Of a stretch of DNA of 64,000 nucleotides, positions 35,557 through 45,807 are shown in pieces; the first letter of the stretch is position 1; each line of letters starts with the position of its first letter. The stretch covers positions 178,507 to 242,506 of the forward strand of contig CBFHTA010000001.1 of the NCBI GenBank assembly GCA_965658655.1. Reading direction: 5' to 3'. The notes beneath the pieces were generated by a model. It did not search any database and was not told the DNA's origin. It worked only from the letters and a program-made list of their open reading frames with translations. Source of the stretch: Candidatus Babelota bacterium. Its GTDB lineage: Bacteria > Babelota > Babeliae > Babelales > CAIQNR01. The position numbers were made by a program, and so were the translations under genes.

Positions 35557-37164
35557 CTAAAAAAGTTCTTTTATAACAGTGTCTACTTTTTTGGCCGTAA
35601 TGGTTGTCATGCTTCTATAGAACTCTTCTCCATATTCACGTGTTTGAACAACTACTGGCATGGTAACTGCGTGGCCTAATAAAAGCGCCTGTTTTTTTGT
35701 GTCCAATGTGGCTAAAACAGAACGGAGTGTTGATGCATTAGAAACACCTGTTAAAGTAGCTTGAATATCTTTATCGTCGTTTAATTGTGCTACAATTTTT
35801 GTTCCTAATTGAGATAGCACTTCGTCATCAATGCCTGATGGTCGTTGATCAACAACTAAAAGTGAAACATAATATTTACGCATTTCTCGTGCAATGATAC
35901 CAAAGATAGTTTGCTTTGCTGCAGTTGGGTTTAAAAATTTATGCGCTTCTTCGATACAGATCATAAGTTTTGTAGGTTCATCTTCTGTTTTTTGAGACCC
36001 TAAAAATTTTTCTGTTCGTGCAATATATTCGCTATGAATACGACGTGTAATAATGTTCGAGATTAATAAATAGCAGAATGAAGATGTGTAGTTTCCAAAT
36101 TCCACACAGATATTTATGTCTTTAGCAATGAATTCCATCATTTGGTCTATTACGGAGCTTTTAGCTTTGGTTGCTCCTGGTTTGCCTGGTTTAAAAAAGG
36201 GGAACCGCTCGATACGTTTAAGTTTTCTGTAAAGTGCAGCAATAGATTCTGGATGTGCGCCAATGGAGTTTGCAAATTCTTTAATATCTTCTTGTTCTAA
36301 AAGAACTTGTAGCCAATTATGTTTATAGCGGGTGGCAATTAAATAAGCAGACTCTAATGCGGTCGTATGAAGATTAAGTTCACTTTGCAAAGAGATAATA
36401 TCTTCTACGCGTACGTCTTGATAAGTTAAAGTAATTTCAACATCAGGAGCACCAGCTCGCTTACGAGTTGACTCAGGATCGAGTGAAAATATTGCAACAC
36501 GGTCAGGAAATAAAGTTTTGAGCCCTTTTACAAAAGTATTACCAGGGCCTTCTTTTCTTGCTTGTAATCCGTATTCACTGTGCATATCAAAAATAAGACT
36601 GACAGCTTTTTTGCTATTGATTAATCCTGCTAACACAAGTCGTGTTAAGAATGTTTTTCCAGTTCCTGTCTTGCCAAAGATGCCAGTAGATCGTTCGGTT
36701 AGGCGTTCAAGGTTTATGCAGACAGGTGTTTCCATATCAAGTGGAGAGCCAATATTAAAGTATCGCTTAGATTCATCTTTTTCATTTCCAAAGATGAGTG
36801 CAACATCTTCCTTGGTTGCCTCATGCACTTTTGCAAAATGTGGAGGAACGGTTTTTACCGGAACTACCTCTTTTTCTTTGTTGAGCATTACCATTGGTTT
36901 GAGCTCTGCAGTTGCGTACATGCCCTGCTTCTTTAAAAGCTTTTGTAAAAGTTTTTCGTCTTCACCGGGTGGATATAAAAGAATGTCTTGGTTGGTAACC
37001 TCAAGGGACAGGTCTGTGATAAGAGAAAAAAAGACATGATGTGTGCCAACAACAGACACAAACTTACCTGTTTTAATAGTTTCTAAATCTGTTTCTGGGG
37101 CAATTCGCATCACTAAACCTTCGGTTAACGAACCGCCGGTTACAGTGCCTAAAAGTTTCTTCAA
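35557..37164 (-). CDS. HerA-like (DUF87/COG0433) P-loop ATPase
   Basis: 535 aa. N-terminal barrel-like region (GTVTGGSLTEGLVMRIAP...GKFVSV). Walker A GIFGKTGTGKTFLT, Walker B-like LMICIEEAHKFL. SLLVVDQRPSGIDDEVLSQLGTKIVAQLNDDKD is typical of HerA/DUF87. Confidence 0.75.
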   Translation of the reverse strand: MKKLLGTVTGGSLTEGLVMRIAPETDLETIKTGKFVSVVGTHHVFFSLITDLSLEVTNQDILLYPPGEDEKLLQKLLKKQGMYATAELKPMVMLNKEKEVVPVKTVPPHFAKVHEATKEDVALIFGNEKDESKRYFNIGSPLDMETPVCINLERLTERSTGIFGKTGTGKTFLTRLVLAGLINSKKAVSLIFDMHSEYGLQARKEGPGNTFVKGLKTLFPDRVAIFSLDPESTRKRAGAPDVEITLTYQDVRVEDIISLQSELNLHTTALESAYLIATRYKHNWLQVLLEQEDIKEFANSIGAHPESIAALYRKLKRIERFPFFKPGKPGATKAKSSVIDQMMEFIAKDINICVEFGNYTSSFCYLLISNIITRRIHSEYIARTEKFLGSQKTEDEPTKLMICIEEAHKFLNPTAAKQTIFGIIAREMRKYYVSLLVVDQRPSGIDDEVLSQLGTKIVAQLNDDKDIQATLTGVSNASTLRSVLATLDTKKQALLLGHAVTMPVVVQTREYGEEFYRSMTTITAKKVDTVIKELF

Positions 37165-37184
37165 CTACTCTCCTTATGTAGCAT

Positions 37185-37493
37185 TTATTCTTTTGGAATC
37201 TTTAGATTCCACATTTTCATTCGTTTAAGAATTGTTTTTGGGGATAAGTGAAGTCTTTCAGCTACGTCTTGTAAAGTAGCTGCTCTGTATAGAATAATGG
37301 CTTTTACAGGAGTATCTATTGTTCTATTTGGAACCTGATAGAATCCTTTAGAATAACACCATAGGTGTTTGTATAGATAATTTTCATACAGTTGTTTTTG
37401 ATAGTCATTAACATGCGATGAGATGAGACTAGCTTTTACCGATCCAGCAAAAATTAAACATGAGAGAAGTAAGAATTTAAAGGTAGTGTTCAT
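37185..37493 (-). CDS. Small signal-peptide/anchor protein with C-terminal Fis-type HTH
   Basis: Start moved to the ATG at 37493 (MNTTFKFLLLSCLIFAGSVKA); the track start 37520 is a TTG. The C-terminus ATLQDVAERLHLSPKTILKRMKMWNLKI matches the Fis/NtrC HTH_8 pattern (..LGISRkTLyRKlK.ygI). Confidence 0.5.
   Translation of the reverse strand: MNTTFKFLLLSCLIFAGSVKASLISSHVNDYQKQLYENYLYKHLWCYSKGFYQVPNRTIDTPVKAIILYRAATLQDVAERLHLSPKTILKRMKMWNLKIPKE
37431..37493 (-). repeat. 63-bp signal-peptide-coding repeat, copy 1 (partner 38013..38075)
   Basis: About 6 mismatches in 63 nt by manual alignment. Similarity stops at the predicted cleavage site. Confidence 0.8.
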
Positions 37494-37520
37494 GGGAATT
37501 CTTTCAATAGAATTATTCAA

Positions 37521-38075
37521 CTAACTGTTTGCCTTAGGAAGCAGTTTTGAAAGTTCTCCTAAGCGTTCACCGAAACGACATAAAGAAAAGAAGAGTTTGT
37601 AGAAATCTTTTTCTTCTGCTCCAGAAGATTTTAATTTATGGAATAAAGGACTCCATGAGATCTTATTATTTTTATTTGCAATAATGTTATCATGTAAAAA
37701 GTCATAGACAGCATCAGATACTTTTATTCTTTTTTTACCAGTATCAAGGTAACTTGCTTCGTAGTTTAAAAAATCAACGCAAGCATTTCTTCTGAACTCT
37801 GCGAGGCAGCCTTCAAGTAAGGTTGTGATAATTTGACCTTCACAACCACTATATGTGAATCTCTCATTTTGTAGGTATAAATCCTTTATAGCCTCTTCTA
37901 TTCTTATAAAAATATCAATATATTTATCTCTGTGTTCTTCTAAAAACTGTGCTTCTTGATATTCTTCTAAAGATATGTGACTAATAAAGTGTGGAGGCAT
38001 AGTTACTTCTTCAGCTTTTATCGATGCAGCAAAAATTAAAGATGAGAGAAGTAAAAGTTTAAACGTAGTGTTCAT
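37521..38075 (-). CDS. Hypothetical secreted protein
   Basis: 184 aa. Signal peptide MNTTFKLLLLSSLIFAASIKA is almost identical to that of the next gene. The mature part is helical with no known motif. Confidence 0.5.
   Translation of the reverse strand: MNTTFKLLLLSSLIFAASIKAEEVTMPPHFISHISLEEYQEAQFLEEHRDKYIDIFIRIEEAIKDLYLQNERFTYSGCEGQIITTLLEGCLAEFRRNACVDFLNYEASYLDTGKKRIKVSDAVYDFLHDNIIANKNNKISWSPLFHKLKSSGAEEKDFYKLFFSLCRFGERLGELSKLLPKANS
38013..38075 (-). repeat. 63-bp signal-peptide-coding repeat, copy 2 (partner 37431..37493)
   Basis: See the partner feature. Confidence 0.8.
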
Positions 38076-38230
38076 AGAAATCCTTATCTATTGTTATACA
38101 TGAGATTATAAAATGTATTCTTTTCAGTTTGCAGTTATGGCGAAAAATCAATTGATCTAAGTCTCCAAAAAGTTTGCTTGTAGATATCTAATGAGGTTGA
38201 TAGTAGGAACCATTAGTGAGGTTGTCAACT

Positions 38231-39948
<1,718 letters not shown>

Positions 39949-40067
39949 TTATTCCAGGCTAAAGCTTTGTTGGAATATTGTAAAGATTGAGGATAGTTTT
40001 TGTTTTAAATGACAAAAGGAAACAGCTTCATTGTTGTGAGATTAAGCATGTTTATTTAAGAATGTGT

Positions 40068-40310
40068 TTACTTCCCTTGTCTCTTCTCTTTATCACTTTG
40101 ATATGTTGTAAAAAACTGGAGAGTAGAAAGATGCATTAAGGGAGTGTCCTTTACATATGTTTTATTGCTAAAGCTTGACTGTGGGCAAGTGTTGCAAGCA
40201 ATACCCATAGTCAGAGCTTTAAATTTTTTTAGATCTTTTTCAGTTCCTTCAGCAGATTGTACAGTAAAAAAGGTGAGAAGTGTTAAAGCTAAAGCTTTTA
40301 ATTTGATCAT
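40068..40310 (-). CDS. Hypothetical small secreted protein
   Basis: 80 aa. Signal peptide MIKLKALALTLLTFFTVQSAEG. No other support. Confidence 0.35.
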   Translation of the reverse strand: MIKLKALALTLLTFFTVQSAEGTEKDLKKFKALTMGIACNTCPQSSFSNKTYVKDTPLMHLSTLQFFTTYQSDKEKRQGK

Positions 40311-40388
40311 TGTATATCTTTCTATAGTAATGAATTTATTATAGGATAAGTATGCCTTGAGCCCTTCAGTAAGTAAAGTTTGAGGGGT

Positions 40389-40898
40389 TTATGGCAGAAA
40401 TAAATTCATAACCAGGAGCGCAAGGAATAGTTTATAGAATGGAACTGTTTTTTCGGGTGCTTGCTTAGAAGGATTCTTGTCTTTCTTTTTATCTTTTAGA
40501 TATTGAGCAATAATGAGTGTGTCAAATGAATAATCTCGTGAAGTGTAGTCTGAAATTGAACTGACGTCGTAGTAGGAAGGATTGTGTTTTTCTTCTTGTT
40601 TGTCTAACGCCTGTCGAGCAGATTCTAGATAGCGTCTTCCTAGCTTAATTTTCTTTTTTAATGATATATCCTTTGTTTTTTCAAGTTCTTTATCACTTTG
40701 TTTGAGTTCGTATTCTACTTCTTCTATCTGGTGTATGGTATGGCTGTTGTCCTTAAAGGAAGCAGAGAGGATATTCATGGCTAAATCAATTCTTTTTTGA
40801 ATAACTTCACTGCTAGGAGGTAGTGTACTGCCTGGGGAATTATCGGTTGCATGAAGTGTAATGCAGGCTATAAAGATTAACAGTAGTTTTTTAGTCAT
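40389..40898 (-). CDS. Hypothetical secreted/anchored coiled-coil protein
   Basis: 169 aa. N-terminal signal peptide and a C-terminal hydrophobic helix (FYKLFLALLVMNLFLP). 4-nt overlap with the upstream peroxidase gene. Confidence 0.45.
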   Translation of the reverse strand: MTKKLLLIFIACITLHATDNSPGSTLPPSSEVIQKRIDLAMNILSASFKDNSHTIHQIEEVEYELKQSDKELEKTKDISLKKKIKLGRRYLESARQALDKQEEKHNPSYYDVSSISDYTSRDYSFDTLIIAQYLKDKKKDKNPSKQAPEKTVPFYKLFLALLVMNLFLP

Positions 40899-41446
40899 TT
40901 GATATGCTCTTTTATTTTCTTTGACCGTGGAGATGTTCCAGCGCCAAAATGAGCAACTAAGTTTCCCTTTTTGTCTATAATATATTTATTAAAGTTCCAT
41001 CCAGGGCTTTTTTTGTTCCATCCATTCTTTTTTGTATCTGTAAGCCAGTCATAGATGTTGTTAATTGTGTTTCCTTTGGTTGTTGTTTTTGCAAACATAG
41101 GGAAGGTGACTTTTTTGAGAGAGCACATTTGCACAATTTCCTTATTTGATTTTGGTTCTTGTCCCCAAAAATCGTTAGTTGGGAAACCGAGAATAATAAG
41201 ATCTTTTTTAAACTCTTGGTACAAAGCTTCGAGCTCTGTCAATTGTTTGGCATAGCCGCATTTAGATGCAGTATTGACTATTAAAATAGTTTTGCCTTTA
41301 AATTGGTTCATAGAAACTTCTTTGCCGTGCACGTCTTTTACTTTTAATTTGTAGAAAGATGTTTTGGCTGGAGCAGTTTGTTTTTTGCAGTAGGTAGTAA
41401 AAAATAAACAAGTAGGAATAAGAGCGAAAAAAAGATACTTCTTCAT
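40895..41446 (-). CDS. Glutathione peroxidase family protein (Cys type) with signal peptide
   Basis: 183 aa. VNTASKCGYAKQ active-site motif, LGFPTNDFWGQEP, WNFNKYIIDKKGN. Confidence 0.85.
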   Translation of the reverse strand: MKKYLFFALIPTCLFFTTYCKKQTAPAKTSFYKLKVKDVHGKEVSMNQFKGKTILIVNTASKCGYAKQLTELEALYQEFKKDLIILGFPTNDFWGQEPKSNKEIVQMCSLKKVTFPMFAKTTTKGNTINNIYDWLTDTKKNGWNKKSPGWNFNKYIIDKKGNLVAHFGAGTSPRSKKIKEHIK

Positions 41447-41460
41447 GAGGTCTCCCTTGT

Positions 41461-42570
41461 TTAAGAGAAGTCAAACCTTTTGAGCAACGTAGTATCAATT
41501 TCTTTTAATTTTTTTTCAAGAGCTTGAATAGTGAGCAGCCCTTTCTTTGCGTCTTGATAACTTATTACCGATTGCGCTTGAGCAATCCCTGCACGAATTG
41601 CATCGTCTATACGTAAACCAAGTGCAAGCATGGCGGCAAAACAAGATCCAAATGCGTCTCCTGCGCCCACAGTGTTAACCACCGGTCCAGGCAATGCAGG
41701 GTGAAAATAAAGACTATCTTGTGTAGCAATGTAGACTCCTTCTTTACCATTGGTTACTACGATACGTTTAATACCGTACGATAAAATTTCTTTAAAATAA
41801 TCTATTAAAGTAAAAGTAATTGAGTCGTGAGCTAAAATTTCTTGTAACAATGATGGTCCCTCAGAAATTAAAGAGGTATTATTTGATTTAAAAAATCGTG
41901 GCTTGAGAGATGTCATTAAAAGTTTCATTTCATCGGCATTAAGAATTAAAAGGTCTATGTAAGGCAGGGCGGCTTTAAGAGTAGAAACATCAGAAGTTAG
42001 TTGGCTGGTGCCAGGATTAACAACAACGCGAAGGCCACGAGAGGTGATAAGCTGTTTTGCTTTTCTGGTAATATAGGGGAGTGCGCGCGCTGCTTGGCCA
42101 GTCAGTGATGTAATGTAGATAAAGTCTTGATTGGCAATGAGATCATCGGAAATATCGTCTTTTGTAAGGGTAGTATTTGCGCCACGATGAACAAAAACAA
42201 TGCGGTCTTTCTTTGGTGTAGGGATAATAAAAGACGTTCCGGTTTGATCAAGTTTAATGGTTTCGTAGTAAGGGGTGATGTCTTCTTTTTTAAGTTTATC
42301 TATTATAAATTGACCAGCTTGATCTGGGCCAATTTTAAAAAAAGTAGCAGTCTGAAACTCAAGACGTTTAAACGAAACAGCGGCGTTTGTGGCGCCGCCT
42401 CCCGTTGCATAATGAAGTTTTTCAACTTCTACTTTTGATCCTTCTTTGCACGCAAAGACTTGTTTTTCTTGCTCTTGGGTAACAGACATGCATGAACCTT
42501 TAGGCTGATATTCTATAATAATATCTTGTGTGGCCCCACCAATGGTTAAGACTTTAAGTGGTTCGTTCAT
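41461..42570 (-). CDS. PfkB-family carbohydrate kinase
   Basis: 369 aa. N-terminal GG motif (TIGGATQDIII). C-terminal VNTVGAGDAFGSCFAAMLALG, the PfkB signature 2. Confidence 0.8.
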   Translation of the reverse strand: MNEPLKVLTIGGATQDIIIEYQPKGSCMSVTQEQEKQVFACKEGSKVEVEKLHYATGGGATNAAVSFKRLEFQTATFFKIGPDQAGQFIIDKLKKEDITPYYETIKLDQTGTSFIIPTPKKDRIVFVHRGANTTLTKDDISDDLIANQDFIYITSLTGQAARALPYITRKAKQLITSRGLRVVVNPGTSQLTSDVSTLKAALPYIDLLILNADEMKLLMTSLKPRFFKSNNTSLISEGPSLLQEILAHDSITFTLIDYFKEILSYGIKRIVVTNGKEGVYIATQDSLYFHPALPGPVVNTVGAGDAFGSCFAAMLALGLRIDDAIRAGIAQAQSVISYQDAKKGLLTIQALEKKLKEIDTTLLKRFDFS

Positions 42571-42587
42571 ATATGCCTTTTAAATGG

Positions 42588-44939
42588 TTATGCTCCTTGT
42601 GGAAGGAGAATTTGATCTAGAACTTCGTTTGCATGTTCTACCCATACAATATCGATGTCTTTATCTAGATCTTTGCATTCTACCATGTCCCCTTTGTTCT
42701 GTGCTGGTAAAATCACCGTTTTTATTTTGTTACGCTTTGCAGCCAAGACTTTTTCTTTGACGCCACCGATTGCGGTTACATTTCCACGGAGATTAATTTC
42801 TCCAGTCATCGCAAATCTAGAGTTAATGGCACGTCCAGTAAGAACAGACAAAATAGAAGATAATATTGCGATACCACCAGAAGGACCATCTTTTGGAACA
42901 GCGCCTTCGGGCATGTGGATGTGCAGGTCATGTTTGGTGAACTTCTCTTTTGGAATGCCAAAGTCTTTAGCATGTGCACGAATATAACTGAGAGCTGCAG
43001 TTGCAGACTCTTTCATTACGTCGCCCATTTGGCCTGTAAGAATAACTTTTCCTGTACCTTCCATGAGGACTGCTTCTACTTTCATCATCACACCGCCCAT
43101 GGCTGTCCATGCAAGTCCGTTTACAATGCCGATTTGATCTTTACCTTCGGTATCCATATCAAGCGGTCGCTTTGGCCCAAGGTGTTGTTCAAGGTTTTCT
43201 GCCATAAATACGAGTGAGCGTTTTTCTTCTACGAGTGTACGCGCTGCTTTTGAACAGAGTTTTCGTAGTAAGCGCTCAAGGCTTCTTACTCCAGCTTCTC
43301 GTGTGTAGTTAGTTGCAAGCTCTTTAAGGACTTCGTCTGAGAATTCAATACCTTTGCCTTCTAGGCCTGTAGCTTCGAGTGCTCGTTTAACTAAATGGCG
43401 TTTTGCAATGTTGATTTTTTCTTGAATGGTGTAGCTAGAGAGGGTAATGACTTCCATTCTGTCTCGTAGTGGGTCAGAGATTGCATTAACGTTATTAGAA
43501 GTTGCAATGAAAATTACCTTTGAGAGATCGAATGGTACACCTAGATAGTTGTCATAGAATGTTTTGTTTTGTTGAGGATCTAGCACTTCGAGCATTGCCG
43601 CTGAAGGGTCTCCTCTAAAGTCTGCGCCAATCTTATCTAATTCATCGATGATTAAAACAGGATTCTTGCTGCCAGATTTTTTGATTGCTTGAATAAATCG
43701 TCCTGGCATTGAACCAACATAGGTTCTTCTGTGTCCTCGAATCTCTGCTTCGTCTTTTACGCCACCCAGCGAAATCCGCTGATATTCTCTACCAAGTGCG
43801 CGAGCAATTGATTTTCCTAAAGATGTTTTACCGGTTCCTGGAGGTCCATCAAAACACAGGATAGGGGCAGCTCCATCTTCTTTTAGGTTTCGTACAGAGA
43901 TATAATCTAAGAGGCGTTCTTTAATATCTTCGAGTCCATAGTGGTCTTCATCAAGAATTTCACGAGCATGTTTAATATCGAGGTTGTCCTCAGTTTCTTC
44001 TTTCCAAGGCAGGGTGAGGACTGTTTCTAGATAGTTGCGTGTTACGGTTGCTTCTACAGAGTCAGGAGCGGTTTTTTCGAGCCTATTGAGCTGACGAGTA
44101 ATTTCTGAAGTAACTTCTTCTGGAAGATCAAGTTCTTCTATTCGTGCTCGCCATTTTTCTATATCTTCTGTGTCATCTTCGCCCAGCTCTTCTTTAATAG
44201 CTTTGAGTTGCTCTCTGAGGTAGAACTCTTTTTGAGCTTTGTTCATAGAGTCGCGCGCTTTGCTTCTGATACGCTCTTGTGTTTCAGCGACTTCGACTTC
44301 TTTGTTTAGGTGTAGATAGATGCCTTCTAAGAATTTTGATTGAGTAGGCGCCTCTAGAAGATCTTGCGCTTCAGTTACATTGAGATTTAAGTGTGAAAGT
44401 ATAAAATCTGCAATTTTATTTGGATCGTGCATCTTAGAAAGAATAATGTGGAAGTCTGGGCTGAATGCGTGATTAGAAGTGCTTATTTTTTCAGCTTGTT
44501 CTTTAATAAGCTTTATGTGTTGAGAAAGATCTTCTCCTTCGAGTTGATCATCCAAAGCTATTTCTTCAGCTTGCACAGTTAAAATATCTTCATCAGTGAT
44601 AATGTCTTTTACGCGAGCTTTTGCGATTCCTTGAACTAAAATTTTCACTCCCCCCTCAGGGATTTTTATCAATCGCATGATAGAAGAAATAGTACCAACT
44701 TCGTATAAATCTTTGGTGCCAATTGCTCCCTGTTGATCGTCTATATTCTTCTTAGCCGCTAAAAGCAGCACCTTCTTGGACCCATCAAGGCTTTGATTGA
44801 TACCATTGATAATTCTCTCGTCCATGACAAGAAGAGGAACAATCATGTGCGGAAAAACTACCACATCCATGGTCGGAATAATTGGTAGTGTCTCTACGAT
44901 CTTCTCTTCGTTACTTACGCTTTTGTTTACTGTCCTCAT
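42588..44939 (-). CDS. lon: ATP-dependent Lon protease
   Basis: 783 aa. LON N-domain, AAA module (GPPGTGKTSLGKSIA; LIIDELDK) and protease domain with PKDGPSGG and GGVKEKVLAAKR. Confidence 0.95.
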   Translation of the reverse strand: MRTVNKSVSNEEKIVETLPIIPTMDVVVFPHMIVPLLVMDERIINGINQSLDGSKKVLLLAAKKNIDDQQGAIGTKDLYEVGTISSIMRLIKIPEGGVKILVQGIAKARVKDIITDEDILTVQAEEIALDDQLEGEDLSQHIKLIKEQAEKISTSNHAFSPDFHIILSKMHDPNKIADFILSHLNLNVTEAQDLLEAPTQSKFLEGIYLHLNKEVEVAETQERIRSKARDSMNKAQKEFYLREQLKAIKEELGEDDTEDIEKWRARIEELDLPEEVTSEITRQLNRLEKTAPDSVEATVTRNYLETVLTLPWKEETEDNLDIKHAREILDEDHYGLEDIKERLLDYISVRNLKEDGAAPILCFDGPPGTGKTSLGKSIARALGREYQRISLGGVKDEAEIRGHRRTYVGSMPGRFIQAIKKSGSKNPVLIIDELDKIGADFRGDPSAAMLEVLDPQQNKTFYDNYLGVPFDLSKVIFIATSNNVNAISDPLRDRMEVITLSSYTIQEKINIAKRHLVKRALEATGLEGKGIEFSDEVLKELATNYTREAGVRSLERLLRKLCSKAARTLVEEKRSLVFMAENLEQHLGPKRPLDMDTEGKDQIGIVNGLAWTAMGGVMMKVEAVLMEGTGKVILTGQMGDVMKESATAALSYIRAHAKDFGIPKEKFTKHDLHIHMPEGAVPKDGPSGGIAILSSILSVLTGRAINSRFAMTGEINLRGNVTAIGGVKEKVLAAKRNKIKTVILPAQNKGDMVECKDLDKDIDIVWVEHANEVLDQILLPQGA

Positions 44940-45101
44940 TGTCTCTCCCCCTCTCTATATGTTTGAGTGACTTTCCTTACTAGTTTAAAGAGCTTTTGGG
45001 GATCAAAACAAGAATTGGTAGACATATACATGCAAAACACCTTTCTAAAAAGGAGATAATGAAGTATCATAACAATGCCCCCTTAAACCTTCTTTTTTTG
45101 T

Positions 45102-45776
45102 TTGAAAGTTATGATGAATAAGGCCATTAACCTTGCAACTTTTCAGTTAGCAAAAACATTTAATCAGCAACCGATCTTTAGCAACTTGTCTGTAAGTTTT
45201 AAAAAAGGCTGCTCTTATGCACTTATGGGGGAATCTGGATCGGGTAAATCAACCTTTATGCATCTGCTTGCGGGGCTCGATATTCCAACGCAGGGGAAGA
45301 TTTTTTTAAATAAAAGATCGCTTGATACTTTAACTTCTCGAGAGCGGGCAGATTACATAGGGTTTGTCGTGCAGACACCCACTTTTATTACTGAGCTTAC
45401 AGTTCTTGAAAATATTGTTTTAGCAGCAGAGCTAAAGGGTATTTCTCAGAACAAAGCTCGAGAAAAAGCTCAGGAGTATTTAAGTTTTCTGGATCTTCTC
45501 GGGGTTAAAGATTGTCAAGCTGGTACCCTTTCGGGAGGGCAGCGTCAGCGTATTGCTCTTATTAGGGCACTTATTTCTGAACCAGATTTTTTATTAGCAG
45601 ATGAGCCAACCGGAAATTTAGATGATCAAAGTAGCACACAGTTGATACAGATGATTTTGCTCTGTCAAAAAAAATGGGGAATGGGTTTAGTTGTGAGCAC
45701 TCACTGTAAAGAGGTGGCGCATAAAATGGAAGTAGTCTTTAGATTAAAAGATGGTATTCTAAACCGCACTTCCTAA
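45102..45776 (+). CDS. ABC transporter ATP-binding protein, LolD/MacB-type
   Basis: 224 aa. Walker A GESGSGKST, signature LSGGQRQRIALIRAL, Walker B LLADEPTGNLD. The true start may be the ATG at 45111 or 45114, because the track start is a TTG. Confidence 0.85.
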   Translation: MKVMMNKAINLATFQLAKTFNQQPIFSNLSVSFKKGCSYALMGESGSGKSTFMHLLAGLDIPTQGKIFLNKRSLDTLTSRERADYIGFVVQTPTFITELTVLENIVLAAELKGISQNKAREKAQEYLSFLDLLGVKDCQAGTLSGGQRQRIALIRALISEPDFLLADEPTGNLDDQSSTQLIQMILLCQKKWGMGLVVSTHCKEVAHKMEVVFRLKDGILNRTS

Positions 45777-45807
45777 TCGTTTATAAAAACAAGCAAAAAG
45801 GTGTTCT

